The notes under the pieces are model-generated. The model made no database searches. It worked only from the letters and a program-made list of their open reading frames with translations, and was not told the origin of the DNA. The translations under genes were made by a program, and so were the position numbers. Shown here one piece after another: positions 1 to 8,969 of a stretch of 64,000 bases of DNA; the stretch's first letter is position 1; the number at the start of each line of letters is the position of its first letter. The stretch is from the sequence record NC_009760.1. One strand, written 5' to 3'.

Positions 1-186
1 CTCTTTAGGTTTTGGTTTAAGAGGGGGAGTCGGTATCGTCTTTTGGTCAAGTCGCATCATCGCTTCGTACTTTAACCCATACCTGACCAATTGACGTAGC
101 CTCTTTGATCTATCCTCTATATTTTCAAACGCATCTATAATATCCTTATCTCGTTTCGGGGAGAGTCTTGCTTGTAAATCAGCCAT
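1..186 (-). CDS. ParR-like ribbon-helix-helix partition adaptor (partial, runs off window; not in ORF track)
   Basis: Hand translation from ATG at 186, overlapping the parM stop (ATGGCTGA): MADLQARLSPKRDKDIIDAFENIEDRSKRLRQLVRYGLKYEAMMRLDQKTIPTPPLKPKPKE. Strand-helix-helix pattern followed by a Pro/Lys linker, directly downstream of the actin-like ATPase. Confidence 0.65.
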   Translation of the reverse strand, partial: MADLQARLSPKRDKDIIDAFENIEDRSKRLRQLVRYGLKYEAMMRLDQKTIPTPPLKPKPKE

Positions 187-1171
187 GTGCAATCAGCCTT
201 CCATACTTCGCAAAGCCTCGTGCATTACCGAACTCCGGATTATCATGCTTCAATATAATATCTCCGAACTGACTTTGGAAGAATGGTGTTAATCCAGTAG
301 ACCCGCCACCAGTGAGTAAAATCTCATGAACATCATCCGGATTCACCCACACTGGAATCTCTCCGCTAATACTTCCAACATGCATATCAATTGCAGAAGT
401 AATTAATTCACTGATGTCTGTTGCAATACCTTTAATGTATACCTTGCGCTCACGGTAGATTTCATCTATCTGTGTCAGGTTCTTACGAATACCATACTCT
501 TTAGCTAATAAACGACGTAACTCTTTATGGAAGTTGTTTGTAGCGGTATACAGTGTTGTAGATTCACTACGACTAAACCGACCATTGTTCATAGTTACAA
601 TCTCTGTCGTGCGGTAACCAATGTTTACAATTACCGTTTTCGGTTTAACACGTTCCGTAATGACCTGCCCACTTTCATCGAGAATGTAATCGTAGTAGTC
701 TCCGGCTCCTTGCGGAACGACAACCACTTTCTGAATCGTGCTACGGCACTTGCGTCCTCGGAACGAATAGTCATAGTCCCTGACAAATTCAGTTTCAATC
801 TTATCTTTAACAAGGAAGTATTCTTCCACCGGTACGCCTGTAACCATAAGGTCAATCTTGTTCTGTCCTGTCTCATACAATAGCCCCAGTCCTGTAAGTA
901 ATTTTACTGTCTCGTCTATTGTATCCACTTTGTTAGCTAGGAATGTATACCGGTGATTGGTAGCAAATTCGGAAGCCTTATCTCCTACGTAATACGTTTC
1001 GTCATCATACGTAAGCCACAAGTCTTTCATTGTCTCTCCATGATCTGTAGCGTTCTGTATCTCAAGTGAGGTAGGGAAGCCAATAATATTCGGGAACTTG
1101 AACTCAATGTCATCCTCTAAGTTAATGCCTTTAAACTGTTTGAAACCAATGTCGCAACCAAATATATACAT
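179..1171 (-). CDS. parM: ParM/StbA/Alp actin-like partition ATPase
   Basis: Phosphate-1 GCDIGFKQFK, MVTGVP, VVPQGAG, phosphate-2 VNIGYRTTE, adenosine LLTGGGS, C-terminal NARGF. Confidence 0.85.
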   Translation of the reverse strand: MYIFGCDIGFKQFKGINLEDDIEFKFPNIIGFPTSLEIQNATDHGETMKDLWLTYDDETYYVGDKASEFATNHRYTFLANKVDTIDETVKLLTGLGLLYETGQNKIDLMVTGVPVEEYFLVKDKIETEFVRDYDYSFRGRKCRSTIQKVVVVPQGAGDYYDYILDESGQVITERVKPKTVIVNIGYRTTEIVTMNNGRFSRSESTTLYTATNNFHKELRRLLAKEYGIRKNLTQIDEIYRERKVYIKGIATDISELITSAIDMHVGSISGEIPVWVNPDDVHEILLTGGGSTGLTPFFQSQFGDIILKHDNPEFGNARGFAKYGRLIAHG

Positions 1172-1192
1172 GGTAACACCCTCTCATGATTG

Positions 1193-1270
1193 TTGTACTA
1201 CATATCTATGGCATAGGAATTGTCCATTATAACCATTACGCAAAAATAACAGGAATATTATGTAGTACAA
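1193..1270. promoter_or_regulatory. Inverted 12-bp operator pair in the parM/padR divergent spacer
   Basis: TTGTACTACATA (1193-1204) and its exact reverse complement TATGTAGTACAA (1259-1270); each contains the TGTA-N-TACA palindrome. Confidence 0.55.
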
Positions 1271-1323
1271 GTGGATAGACTAGCAGTAAGTGACATTCTC
1301 AAACATGACAGGAGGAAATAAAA

Positions 1324-1755
1324 GTGACAGCTAAAGCAAAGAAACCTAGATATGCAGGTGCATATAATCGGTTATTCCCGGTTAAAGTATCTACGAGTAC
1401 ATTCCTGACAATCTATATTTTACATTTGTTAACACGAAAGGAACGTTTATATGGTAAGGAAATCATCAACGAAATCGAGAACCGCTTCGCCGGTGAGTGG
1501 AAACCTTCGCACGGTTTGGTATATCCGATACTCCGAGAACTTGAAGCGGAGGGTCTAGTAAAAGGTCATTGGATAGGTGAAAGTTCTAAGAAGACGATTC
1601 GTACGTATAGCATCACGAAAAAGGGTAAAGCAGCGTACATAGAGGAGAAGGAGAAGCACAAGGATGCATTCTCGAAATCATTCTTTATGATGGAAACGTT
1701 GTTGGGGGATTTGTATACAGACTTTGAGATGATAGATATAGAGGATTTAAAATAG
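1324..1755 (+). CDS. PadR-family winged-helix transcriptional regulator
   Basis: ILHLL..KERLYGKEII, PSHGLVYPILRELEAEGLV, RTYSITKKGK; GGAGG RBS with GTG start; only convincing + strand gene. Confidence 0.85.
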   Translation: MTAKAKKPRYAGAYNRLFPVKVSTSTFLTIYILHLLTRKERLYGKEIINEIENRFAGEWKPSHGLVYPILRELEAEGLVKGHWIGESSKKTIRTYSITKKGKAAYIEEKEKHKDAFSKSFFMMETLLGDLYTDFEMIDIEDLK

Positions 1756-1773
1756 AGGAGCGAATGCTCCTCT
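1754..1773. terminator. Bidirectional terminator between convergent genes
   Basis: AGAGGAGC-GAAT-GCTCCTCT perfect 8-bp stem. Confidence 0.7.
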
Positions 1774-3530
1774 TATTTGTTGTAGTACGGTTGCAGACAC
1801 ATACGCCAGTGTTTATCGTTTAGGTTCTTGTTACCTGCTTCAATCATAAGTTGTATTACATCTGTGTTCGGAGCGCCACCAATAAAGGTAAAATCCTGTA
1901 TACCACGTTCTTGAATGTAATCACCTAATGACCACGGCAACTTCGCTGCTTCGAACTGCTTATGATAATTCAGCATCGGCTGATTGCGAAGACCAGCAAC
2001 AACCGAACCGCAATAACAATCTGACCAGTGTGCATCTGTTGAAACATAAATACCATTACTGTAATTTGTTTGTACTGCTTTATGGAACTCCACGGCTGAA
2101 CGGTTTCTGTCAGGTGCAGATAGTCGCTCCGGATTCGGTAAGTTCCATTCTACATTCTGACCGACATACCTTTCAATACCAACGATGATAGATGCTTTGA
2201 ATCTACCAGCCATAGCCTTTGTATAGTCGGTTAATGTACCTTGACGGGTTAATATGATTGGTGTACGTGTTTGAGCAGCGTACGAGGCAATGCCGTACGT
2301 CATAAGATGTTCCTCGCCATTTACAACGAGTACCTTCTTCTCACCTGTACCAAACCATGTGGATACATTCCCTGATAGTTCATACCGATCATTCCCGTTA
2401 ATGCGGTCTACCTGTAGTCCCATTGCACGAAGCTCTGCTTCTACGTTACCGCCGATTGACCACTTTGTTCCTACGACAATGGCACGATTTGCGCCAAGTC
2501 TACGTATCTCATTCTTGATTGGCGTTGGTACGCCGTCATATGGTACAGGGAATAGTGGCCCATTAACGGTAGCGGCAAGTGGTACGGCACATAACATTTC
2601 AGGAGAACCTTGCTCGCCTTCCGGTCTAACACGACGCTTCTCAAGTACATCGTACTCTAGAGAAAGCATAGTTGGTAAATCGACTACGCCGTCCTCACGC
2701 TGAATGTTAAATGGATTACTACCACGACGTTGCTTCGCTTGGTATAACCATACGGCTACCTTCGTCGCAATATCGAAACGACCATTTACCATTAGACCAG
2801 CTTCAAGGTTACGCTTTGTAATGTCACCAACCCAGCGACCTTGCATGTCGTCACCTTCACCGCACATCTCATTAAACATCTTCACGCCAAGCAGTGGCCC
2901 CGAACCATACTTACCATCGTACTGAATACTACCGTCAGGTGAACCCATCCATAGACCAAACAATCCGCCCGGATATTTATCTAAGCGTTTCTGTAAGTCG
3001 ATTTCCCATTGACTGCGGTAATCATAACGACCACCACCGATTGTTTGATGGATACGATAACCATATGCAGATTCAGGAGCATAACGTAAACAGATATACC
3101 ATTCTCCCGACCAACGTCCAATGGCACGATTCATCCACGGATTCGTGAATACAGCGTCCGGCATAATTCTATCCCAAACACCTGCGTCACCTTGATAGTA
3201 TTTGTTCCAGTTAAACTTGATTGGATCCCAACCCATTCCCACTTCACGAAGACGTTGTTGTAATTGTCGTATCGCTGTTGTTTGCGGTGCTTCAATACAA
3301 CGTGGGTCTAGGTTCTGAAATTCAGGGCCATCCCAATCCGTTTGTCCAATGTGTAAGTTAAGCGGCCAGTGAAATTCTTTATGCACATACACATCTGTTA
3401 CTTGCTCTTGTGGTTGGGGTAATTGAAGCGGTGCAAGTACGACTGTACCTGTTCCGCCACCCCAGTGATGCCGTGATACAGCAGCAGCCGTTTCATATAC
3501 ATCGGCTCCACTCACAACTTGAAATCCCAT
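1773..3530 (-). CDS. Cell-wall-binding repeat 2 (CWB2) protein with an inserted peptidoglycan-binding-like domain
   Basis: CWB2-like units (SGADVYETA, RINGNDRYELS, RLSAPDRNRSA, TPIILT, FTFIGG); internal NGRFDIATKVAVWLYQ..DGVVDLPT resembles PG_binding_1. Confidence 0.65.
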   Translation of the reverse strand: MGFQVVSGADVYETAAAVSRHHWGGGTGTVVLAPLQLPQPQEQVTDVYVHKEFHWPLNLHIGQTDWDGPEFQNLDPRCIEAPQTTAIRQLQQRLREVGMGWDPIKFNWNKYYQGDAGVWDRIMPDAVFTNPWMNRAIGRWSGEWYICLRYAPESAYGYRIHQTIGGGRYDYRSQWEIDLQKRLDKYPGGLFGLWMGSPDGSIQYDGKYGSGPLLGVKMFNEMCGEGDDMQGRWVGDITKRNLEAGLMVNGRFDIATKVAVWLYQAKQRRGSNPFNIQREDGVVDLPTMLSLEYDVLEKRRVRPEGEQGSPEMLCAVPLAATVNGPLFPVPYDGVPTPIKNEIRRLGANRAIVVGTKWSIGGNVEAELRAMGLQVDRINGNDRYELSGNVSTWFGTGEKKVLVVNGEEHLMTYGIASYAAQTRTPIILTRQGTLTDYTKAMAGRFKASIIVGIERYVGQNVEWNLPNPERLSAPDRNRSAVEFHKAVQTNYSNGIYVSTDAHWSDCYCGSVVAGLRNQPMLNYHKQFEAAKLPWSLGDYIQERGIQDFTFIGGAPNTDVIQLMIEAGNKNLNDKHWRMCLQPYYNK

Positions 3531-3585
3531 GTCATCACCTTGTTTCTTATGTAGTAAGGCGGGTTTGCCTCACTCTATTATAACA

Positions 3586-3614
3586 AGAAAAGAGGCATCC
3601 GAAGATACCCCTTT
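3586..3614 (-). terminator. Intrinsic terminator with a cUUCGg loop
   Basis: Minus strand AAAGGGGTATC-TTCG-GATGCCTCTTTTC. Confidence 0.7.
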
Positions 3615-3616
3615 GT

Positions 3617-4279
3617 TTAAGCGTAATACACTGATGGTGGTTCTTTCATCGGCTGTACATTCATCTTCTCTACTTCATCCACTGTAAAGAACTTTTTGTT
3701 AGCAACCGGAAACCACTGATTTGAAAATTTCCAGTTTGGTGATTGTGAACGAACATCATATCTGTTCGAGTTTAAATTAATAATGCGAACCTGTAACCCG
3801 TATAGTCTTGCGTTTAATAGCGCTATACGATACGCTAGTAAGTCCGGCTCTGCTCCGTAATAAATCAGTGCCTTCGGATCGTTGACCTTCTTCGCAACCG
3901 CTAAGATTAAGCGTCCAGTTCCGCAGTATGGATCCAGTAGCGTTTCTGTATTGTCGTAAAGAGTTACGGCATAATGTAGGTCAACATACTGTGTTACCTT
4001 ATCTCTAGAAATGAGAGTGTCAGATTTGCCAACACGTTGCTCATATACTTCGCCGAACCAATCCCACATATCTTCACGTAGTAGATCAAGGTCTAACTCT
4101 GCATCTAAGCGAGTCATCACATCTTGTCGTAACCACGGTGTATCAATCATCGTTTCGTAGCTAAGTTTATAGGCTACGTATTGAAGCATGGCATCGAACG
4201 CTTGCGTAGCGTCCTCTACCTTATCTTGCTCCATGATGATGTCCATGATTTTATTGAGCATCTTTAACTGCTTTGTCAT
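3617..4279 (-). CDS. N6-DNA-methyltransferase-like SAM-binding protein (apparently truncated)
   Basis: DWFGEVYE, LLDPYCGTGRLILA (motif I), YGAEPD, IALLN; no NPPY/F motif. Confidence 0.6.
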   Translation of the reverse strand: MTKQLKMLNKIMDIIMEQDKVEDATQAFDAMLQYVAYKLSYETMIDTPWLRQDVMTRLDAELDLDLLREDMWDWFGEVYEQRVGKSDTLISRDKVTQYVDLHYAVTLYDNTETLLDPYCGTGRLILAVAKKVNDPKALIYYGAEPDLLAYRIALLNARLYGLQVRIINLNSNRYDVRSQSPNWKFSNQWFPVANKKFFTVDEVEKMNVQPMKEPPSVYYA

Positions 4280-4619
4280 CTTTCTTCTCCTCCTTCTTCC
4301 ATGTCCAAATCTTGATGTCTAATAACTTGCGGAAGAAGATAAGAACGAATGCAACGCCTACTGCTGGAATTTGAATAATCATTAATAATACATCGTACGC
4401 AGTTACATAGTCACGGTTTTGTGCAAGCTGACTTTGAATTGCTTTCTTGTAACTCAGTGTCCACTTCGGCCCATTCCATCTATCTTCGTTGTATAGTCTT
4501 GCAGATTCCATAATGTTTAATAAACGGAACCAGCAGAAGATTAAATAAATTGCAATGATAACTGCTAACCACCAATACATGCCATACCAAGTTGCTGTGA
4601 ATAAGTCTACGATATTCAT
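4251..4619 (-). CDS. Hypothetical membrane protein
   Basis: Two hydrophobic segments; translationally coupled to neighbours. Confidence 0.6.
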   Translation of the reverse strand: MNIVDLFTATWYGMYWWLAVIIAIYLIFCWFRLLNIMESARLYNEDRWNGPKWTLSYKKAIQSQLAQNRDYVTAYDVLLMIIQIPAVGVAFVLIFFRKLLDIKIWTWKKEEKKDDKAVKDAQ

Positions 4620-4768
4620 TATTTCTCCCTCACAATCTTATCTTCATATTTATGGATAATAGCACTCAATGAATTGACTAATGAGTTTGCTAAATCCACA
4701 TTGATCTCGTCTGTTTCCCAGTAACGGTCAATCTTTTCTTTCAGTTCTTGCATATCTACTTCACGCAT
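4619..4768 (-). CDS. Small hypothetical protein (start refined to MREVDMQ)
   Basis: GAGGAGG RBS; ATG overlaps the upstream stop (ATGCGTGA). Confidence 0.55.
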   Translation of the reverse strand: MREVDMQELKEKIDRYWETDEINVDLANSLVNSLSAIIHKYEDKIVREK

Positions 4769-5189
4769 AGTGGTAGACCTCCTCATAATTGATTCTGTCA
4801 ATTCTGTCTTGAGCAAGCTGTTTAGCTGCTGACCAAGAACCGAAGTGACGATAATATGTAGAAGAGTGTGGCAGTCCTGATTCTCTATCACACTCTTTCT
4901 TACTAGGTAGATGCCCATATATATCAGAAAAACGAATCAGCAAGTCAATCATCTCATCGTTATCGAATGCATGTTGCTCGCCGTGTATCTTCTGATTGGC
5001 GCATAGTTCTAAGTTACTAATATCATTGTTATGTTTATTCTCATCTTTGTGATGTACTTGCTCCTCAGAAGTTAAGTACCTGCCAATGTGCTGTTCCATC
5101 ACCAGTCTATGTAGATAAACCCTTCCATCCGAATCAGCATGTGGATGGTCGGGTTGTTTGACTCTAATGTATTGACTCATGCTAATCAC
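4761..5189 (-). CDS. Free-standing HNH homing endonuclease
   Basis: VYLHRLVME, VHHKDENKHNNDISNLEL; C-terminal PHSSTYYRHFGSW repeat typical of homing-endonuclease-associated domains. Confidence 0.8.
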   Translation of the reverse strand: MISMSQYIRVKQPDHPHADSDGRVYLHRLVMEQHIGRYLTSEEQVHHKDENKHNNDISNLELCANQKIHGEQHAFDNDEMIDLLIRFSDIYGHLPSKKECDRESGLPHSSTYYRHFGSWSAAKQLAQDRIDRINYEEVYHYA

Positions 5190-5191
5190 TC

Positions 5192-5785
5192 CTATAACTT
5201 ATGAACAATCATATTGGTAGTTGACGGTACAATATCGAAGTAATGTTCTTGATCCATTATAACAATATTTGCCTCTATAATGGTATCCGGAAGCATTGGT
5301 GTTCCTTCTTGATATGACCGGACAGCTATGTACTGACGATACTGATGCTTACCCATTAAGACCGTTGCCGGCTTTAGATTTTGCTTCGCCATCTCTTCCA
5401 TCTTGTCTTGGATTAATTCCAGTATCTCTTGGCACTCTTCGGTGTATACAATCTCAAGCATATCTTGACCGGAAGCATGACGAGGGAACATAAACTTAGT
5501 TGGTCTTGGCGTCGTAGGTTTCACTTTCGCTGTACCTTTCGTGCTGATAAACCCTGCACCATAACGTTCTACCGTCTTATACTGGTCAAGCACATCGTCT
5601 GTTGTTTTAGCTGGTTCTTTGTTAACTTCAAACACCGGTTGCGGTATCGGTAATCCATTCTCGTCATATAGGTTTTGAGGTTTTAGCGTACCACTATGCT
5701 TCGAAAAATCATATATTACCATGCTGAATCTCTCCTTCATATTGCTCCCAATCCATATCGCCAATGAAGTATTCATTGTAATCAT
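5192..5785 (-). CDS. Hypothetical protein
   Basis: 197-aa ORF in an operon; true start probably internal. Confidence 0.55.
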   Translation of the reverse strand: MITMNTSLAIWIGSNMKERFSMVIYDFSKHSGTLKPQNLYDENGLPIPQPVFEVNKEPAKTTDDVLDQYKTVERYGAGFISTKGTAKVKPTTPRPTKFMFPRHASGQDMLEIVYTEECQEILELIQDKMEEMAKQNLKPATVLMGKHQYRQYIAVRSYQEGTPMLPDTIIEANIVIMDQEHYFDIVPSTTNMIVHKL

Positions 5786-6476
5786 TCGGATACGGCTTCA
5801 CGTATACAATACGCTTAATGCCAGCTTGATTCAACTGACGAGTACAGTACAGACATGGTTCATGTGTTACATACGCTGTTGCGCCTTCTGATGATATACC
5901 AAGGCGTGCGCATTGTAGTAACGCATTCTCTTCTGCATGATTGGTACGAACGCAGTGACCGTCCTTCATTAAGTGACCGATGTCGTCGCAGTGCGGCATA
6001 CCCTTTGGACTACCGTTGTATCCAGTTGCAATGACACGGTTCTCTTTAACAAGAACACAACCGACTCTTGCACGGCTACAGGTTCCACGTTCTGCTACAT
6101 GAAGTGCTTGCTCGATGAAGTATTGATCCCACGGCTTACGAACTCGCTTTGGATTCGGTTTCTTTTCTTCCGGGAATAATTCATGATAACGTTCCTCGGT
6201 ATAATCTTCAAAGCAGTACATACGACCATAAAAGAATTTTAAGTGTCTCATCTCTTCTTCTGTGCAACGTATTAATATACTTATTGCTAAGGCATTAGGC
6301 GCAGGATTCGGTACATTTGTTGCGATATAAGGCTCGACATGTAGCTTTAAGATATTTACATCTAGACCTACTTGCGGATTAGACATCGTTTTCCATTTTC
6401 GAACTGCGTTCATTTCATCTTCCTGCGGAATAGTTAGCATATAATAATGAATGTTACTAACAAGGTATCTAGGCAT
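5709..6476 (-). CDS. dCMP deaminase with N-terminal extension
   Basis: RGTCSRARVGCVLV, IATGYNGSPKG, HAEENA, PCLYC zinc motifs. Confidence 0.9.
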   Translation of the reverse strand: MPRYLVSNIHYYMLTIPQEDEMNAVRKWKTMSNPQVGLDVNILKLHVEPYIATNVPNPAPNALAISILIRCTEEEMRHLKFFYGRMYCFEDYTEERYHELFPEEKKPNPKRVRKPWDQYFIEQALHVAERGTCSRARVGCVLVKENRVIATGYNGSPKGMPHCDDIGHLMKDGHCVRTNHAEENALLQCARLGISSEGATAYVTHEPCLYCTRQLNQAGIKRIVYVKPYPNDYNEYFIGDMDWEQYEGEIQHGNI

Positions 6477-6490
6477 CCTGCTTCACTCCT

Positions 6491-6805
6491 TTAGTGGTAT
6501 AGATGTGGTTCTCCACGACTGTAGTCTTTGTTCTCGTTGTATATTTCAAGACGAAATACATCTTTCATTTCGTTTACAAGGGTATCGTATTGCTCCTCGG
6601 TTGGTTCAAGAACAACCGTAAATTGAAAGTATTGCTTCGTTTGCATACGATACTCAGGATATACTTTGAATACTTTTACATCTCCCGAACTAAGTACAGG
6701 TAGGGATTCGATTTTCTCTATCTCTCGGATCCCTTCAAGACGCTCTGAATATGGCACATCTTTTCGAAGTGGAATTGTAACATACATAACTACTTTACTG
6801 GTCAT
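6491..6805 (-). CDS. Hypothetical protein
   Basis: RBS AAAGGAGTG; operon context. Confidence 0.55.
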   Translation of the reverse strand: MTSKVVMYVTIPLRKDVPYSERLEGIREIEKIESLPVLSSGDVKVFKVYPEYRMQTKQYFQFTVVLEPTEEQYDTLVNEMKDVFRLEIYNENKDYSRGEPHLYH

Positions 6806-7058
6806 ATTGTTTTATCTCCACTGTGAACTTATCCGATGGTTTCGACAATGCTTCTAGCCATGCGTTATGCTGCTCATCTGTTAATTGAAGTTTCATTTTT
6901 ACAACATCATACGGCACATCATAAACCGTATCTATTACTTCCGCCTCGATGTCTTCAAACTGCAAACTCTTTTGATTTAGTGTTGCATCTATCCATGCTT
7001 GACGCTCTGCTGACGATAACATATATGGTACTGGGATATTAACTGTAACTGTATGCAT
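6795..7058 (-). CDS. Hypothetical protein
   Basis: RBS AAGGAGG. Confidence 0.55.
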   Translation of the reverse strand: MHTVTVNIPVPYMLSSAERQAWIDATLNQKSLQFEDIEAEVIDTVYDVPYDVVKMKLQLTDEQHNAWLEALSKPSDKFTVEIKQYDQ

Positions 7059-7102
7059 ATCTTTTCCTCCTTAGACACAAAGAAAGGTGAGCCACAAAGG
7101 AC

Positions 7103-7291
7103 TCACTTCTTCTTGTATCGTTCTAATTCTTCGGGGGATAATGTATACTTCTTCATCTCCCCGCTTAATTCCTTCCACTCGTCAGGTTTTTCATGAGGTA
7201 ATGTTACGCCCGGTGATTTATATTCATAGCAGACAAAACCAGTAGAGTGCATCGTTTGTCTACGAATACCTTTTGACTTTACTTCACTCAT
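7103..7291 (-). CDS. Small hypothetical protein
   Basis: Start overlaps the upstream stop. Confidence 0.5.
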   Translation of the reverse strand: MSEVKSKGIRRQTMHSTGFVCYEYKSPGVTLPHEKPDEWKELSGEMKKYTLSPEELERYKKK

Positions 7292-8259
7292 TTCTGTTTA
7301 TCCCACATGCTAGGTGGTAACTTACCAACTGTACTCATCAATGCTTCATAAGCTGGTATGCTCTCCATATCGAAACGATCCGGATTGTCCGGATCTGATT
7401 CACCGTATCCTTCTTTGATAGCCATTGTTAGTAGGTCAGCGAAAGAAAGTTCTTTATCACGTAATGTGCGCATTGCTTTCTTCCATGATTGAATGTGTGG
7501 GCCATGATACTCATATAACGCTTCCCATTTCTCAGGGTCGATCTGCGTTACGATATTCCACATATCTTTTACAACATCGACAGTTGCGCCCTGCGCTCCT
7601 CGTTCGAATATACGTTGCGTGAAGACGTTTTTGATAAGAGCCTCTTCACTGAACTCCATTAAGAATGGTGGCATGATATAACCAACTGGAAGTAAAGAAC
7701 GAGCCGCTTGCATTTGTTGTTTTGCAATCTCTTCATCTTGTCCTTTCTTCACTCGTGCTACCATCTCAACCGCTTTCAATCCTGTCTCCATGAAGTCCCC
7801 TTTTGCTTCTGATGGTGACTCAAATCCCCACGGCATGTTGGCACGTTGACCACCGGCAATACGAGAAGTACGACCTACGCTATATGTTACTAAGTGGTCA
7901 TACACTGGTTTACCTACGCCAACGAATAAGAATAGAATACTTTCGCCACGGATTGGTTCATAGCTATGTCCAGCCTTCACCATGCCGTTTAAGAAGCGGT
8001 CTACGTTATCCATGTTGTTGTACTTACCTAAGTAAATAGCAGCCTTGAATGCAGAGCTAAGACGGTCAGCGTCCGTTGCACGTAAAGCAATTACACGACC
8101 GGATTGAATTGCACTGAATCCGTCTTTCGTATAGCAAAGGTTAATGAACTTTTCTAGGTCATCTAGTGCCTTGTTTGTATCGACAATATCATCGCTGACA
8201 AATTGTACTCTCCCTGTACTGCGTAATGCTTCTCTGTTTAATACGAAGTCTTTTGTCAT
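7288..8259 (-). CDS. Highly divergent ThyX (flavin-dependent thymidylate synthase) fold protein
   Basis: AGHS, FLFVGV..VYDHL, QRA, ARSLLP, TQR, AQ and IDP occur in ThyX order; canonical RHRx7-8S motif absent. Confidence 0.6.
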   Translation of the reverse strand: MTKDFVLNREALRSTGRVQFVSDDIVDTNKALDDLEKFINLCYTKDGFSAIQSGRVIALRATDADRLSSAFKAAIYLGKYNNMDNVDRFLNGMVKAGHSYEPIRGESILFLFVGVGKPVYDHLVTYSVGRTSRIAGGQRANMPWGFESPSEAKGDFMETGLKAVEMVARVKKGQDEEIAKQQMQAARSLLPVGYIMPPFLMEFSEEALIKNVFTQRIFERGAQGATVDVVKDMWNIVTQIDPEKWEALYEYHGPHIQSWKKAMRTLRDKELSFADLLTMAIKEGYGESDPDNPDRFDMESIPAYEALMSTVGKLPPSMWDKQK

Positions 8260-8270
8260 CTACTTATCCC

Positions 8271-8969
8271 CTATTCTAGTATTCTAATTCGTGCCACAAT
8301 GCCTTCTTCTCTGACACCAGCGTCCTCTAAACATAATCGCTTACCAGCGAATGGTTTGAGTTCTTCATTGCCATACTGCAATAACTTGTCTACATCAAAT
8401 GTATCGTCTGCGGTTGGCATAAACTCATGCAAGTCTTCGTCAGTGAAACTATATCCTCCAACTTCACGAGGGAACAGAATAACATCGCTAACACGTAGTT
8501 CACAAGCACGGTCATATTGGTAACGGATTTCTAAATCAATATCAGAAGAACCCACTCCGCCGTACAATATAATGCCATTCTTTTCTGGTACGATTTCATA
8601 ATCTGTACCAGACCCATTCTTATAAACAACAATCGTGCTTTGCATAATGTCGTTAATGTCATGGTCGAAAACAAATAGTCTTCTTCCATAAGACGGGTCT
8701 TTCTCGAAGTCATACTTCTGTTCATGTCTACCTAGCTTCTTCTCGTGTACAAACGGCATACCCGGAAGTGGCTTAGATAAAAGGCTACTTGGATACATCC
8801 TTTGATTCTTATTTGAACCTAACGTCATAATCGGTACGCTTCCAAACGTAGTTTCTTTTGTTATCGGCGCTTGCAGTTCACCAACCTCTTTACCATTAAT
8901 AAGTGCTTTCACACTTTCGGTTGGAGTAGACCAGCCAATCTTTTCTTTTAACGTTCGTTTAGACATCAT
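8271..8969 (-). CDS. Hypothetical protein
   Basis: 232-aa ORF in an operon. Confidence 0.55.
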   Translation of the reverse strand: MMSKRTLKEKIGWSTPTESVKALINGKEVGELQAPITKETTFGSVPIMTLGSNKNQRMYPSSLLSKPLPGMPFVHEKKLGRHEQKYDFEKDPSYGRRLFVFDHDINDIMQSTIVVYKNGSGTDYEIVPEKNGIILYGGVGSSDIDLEIRYQYDRACELRVSDVILFPREVGGYSFTDEDLHEFMPTADDTFDVDKLLQYGNEELKPFAGKRLCLEDAGVREEGIVARIRILE

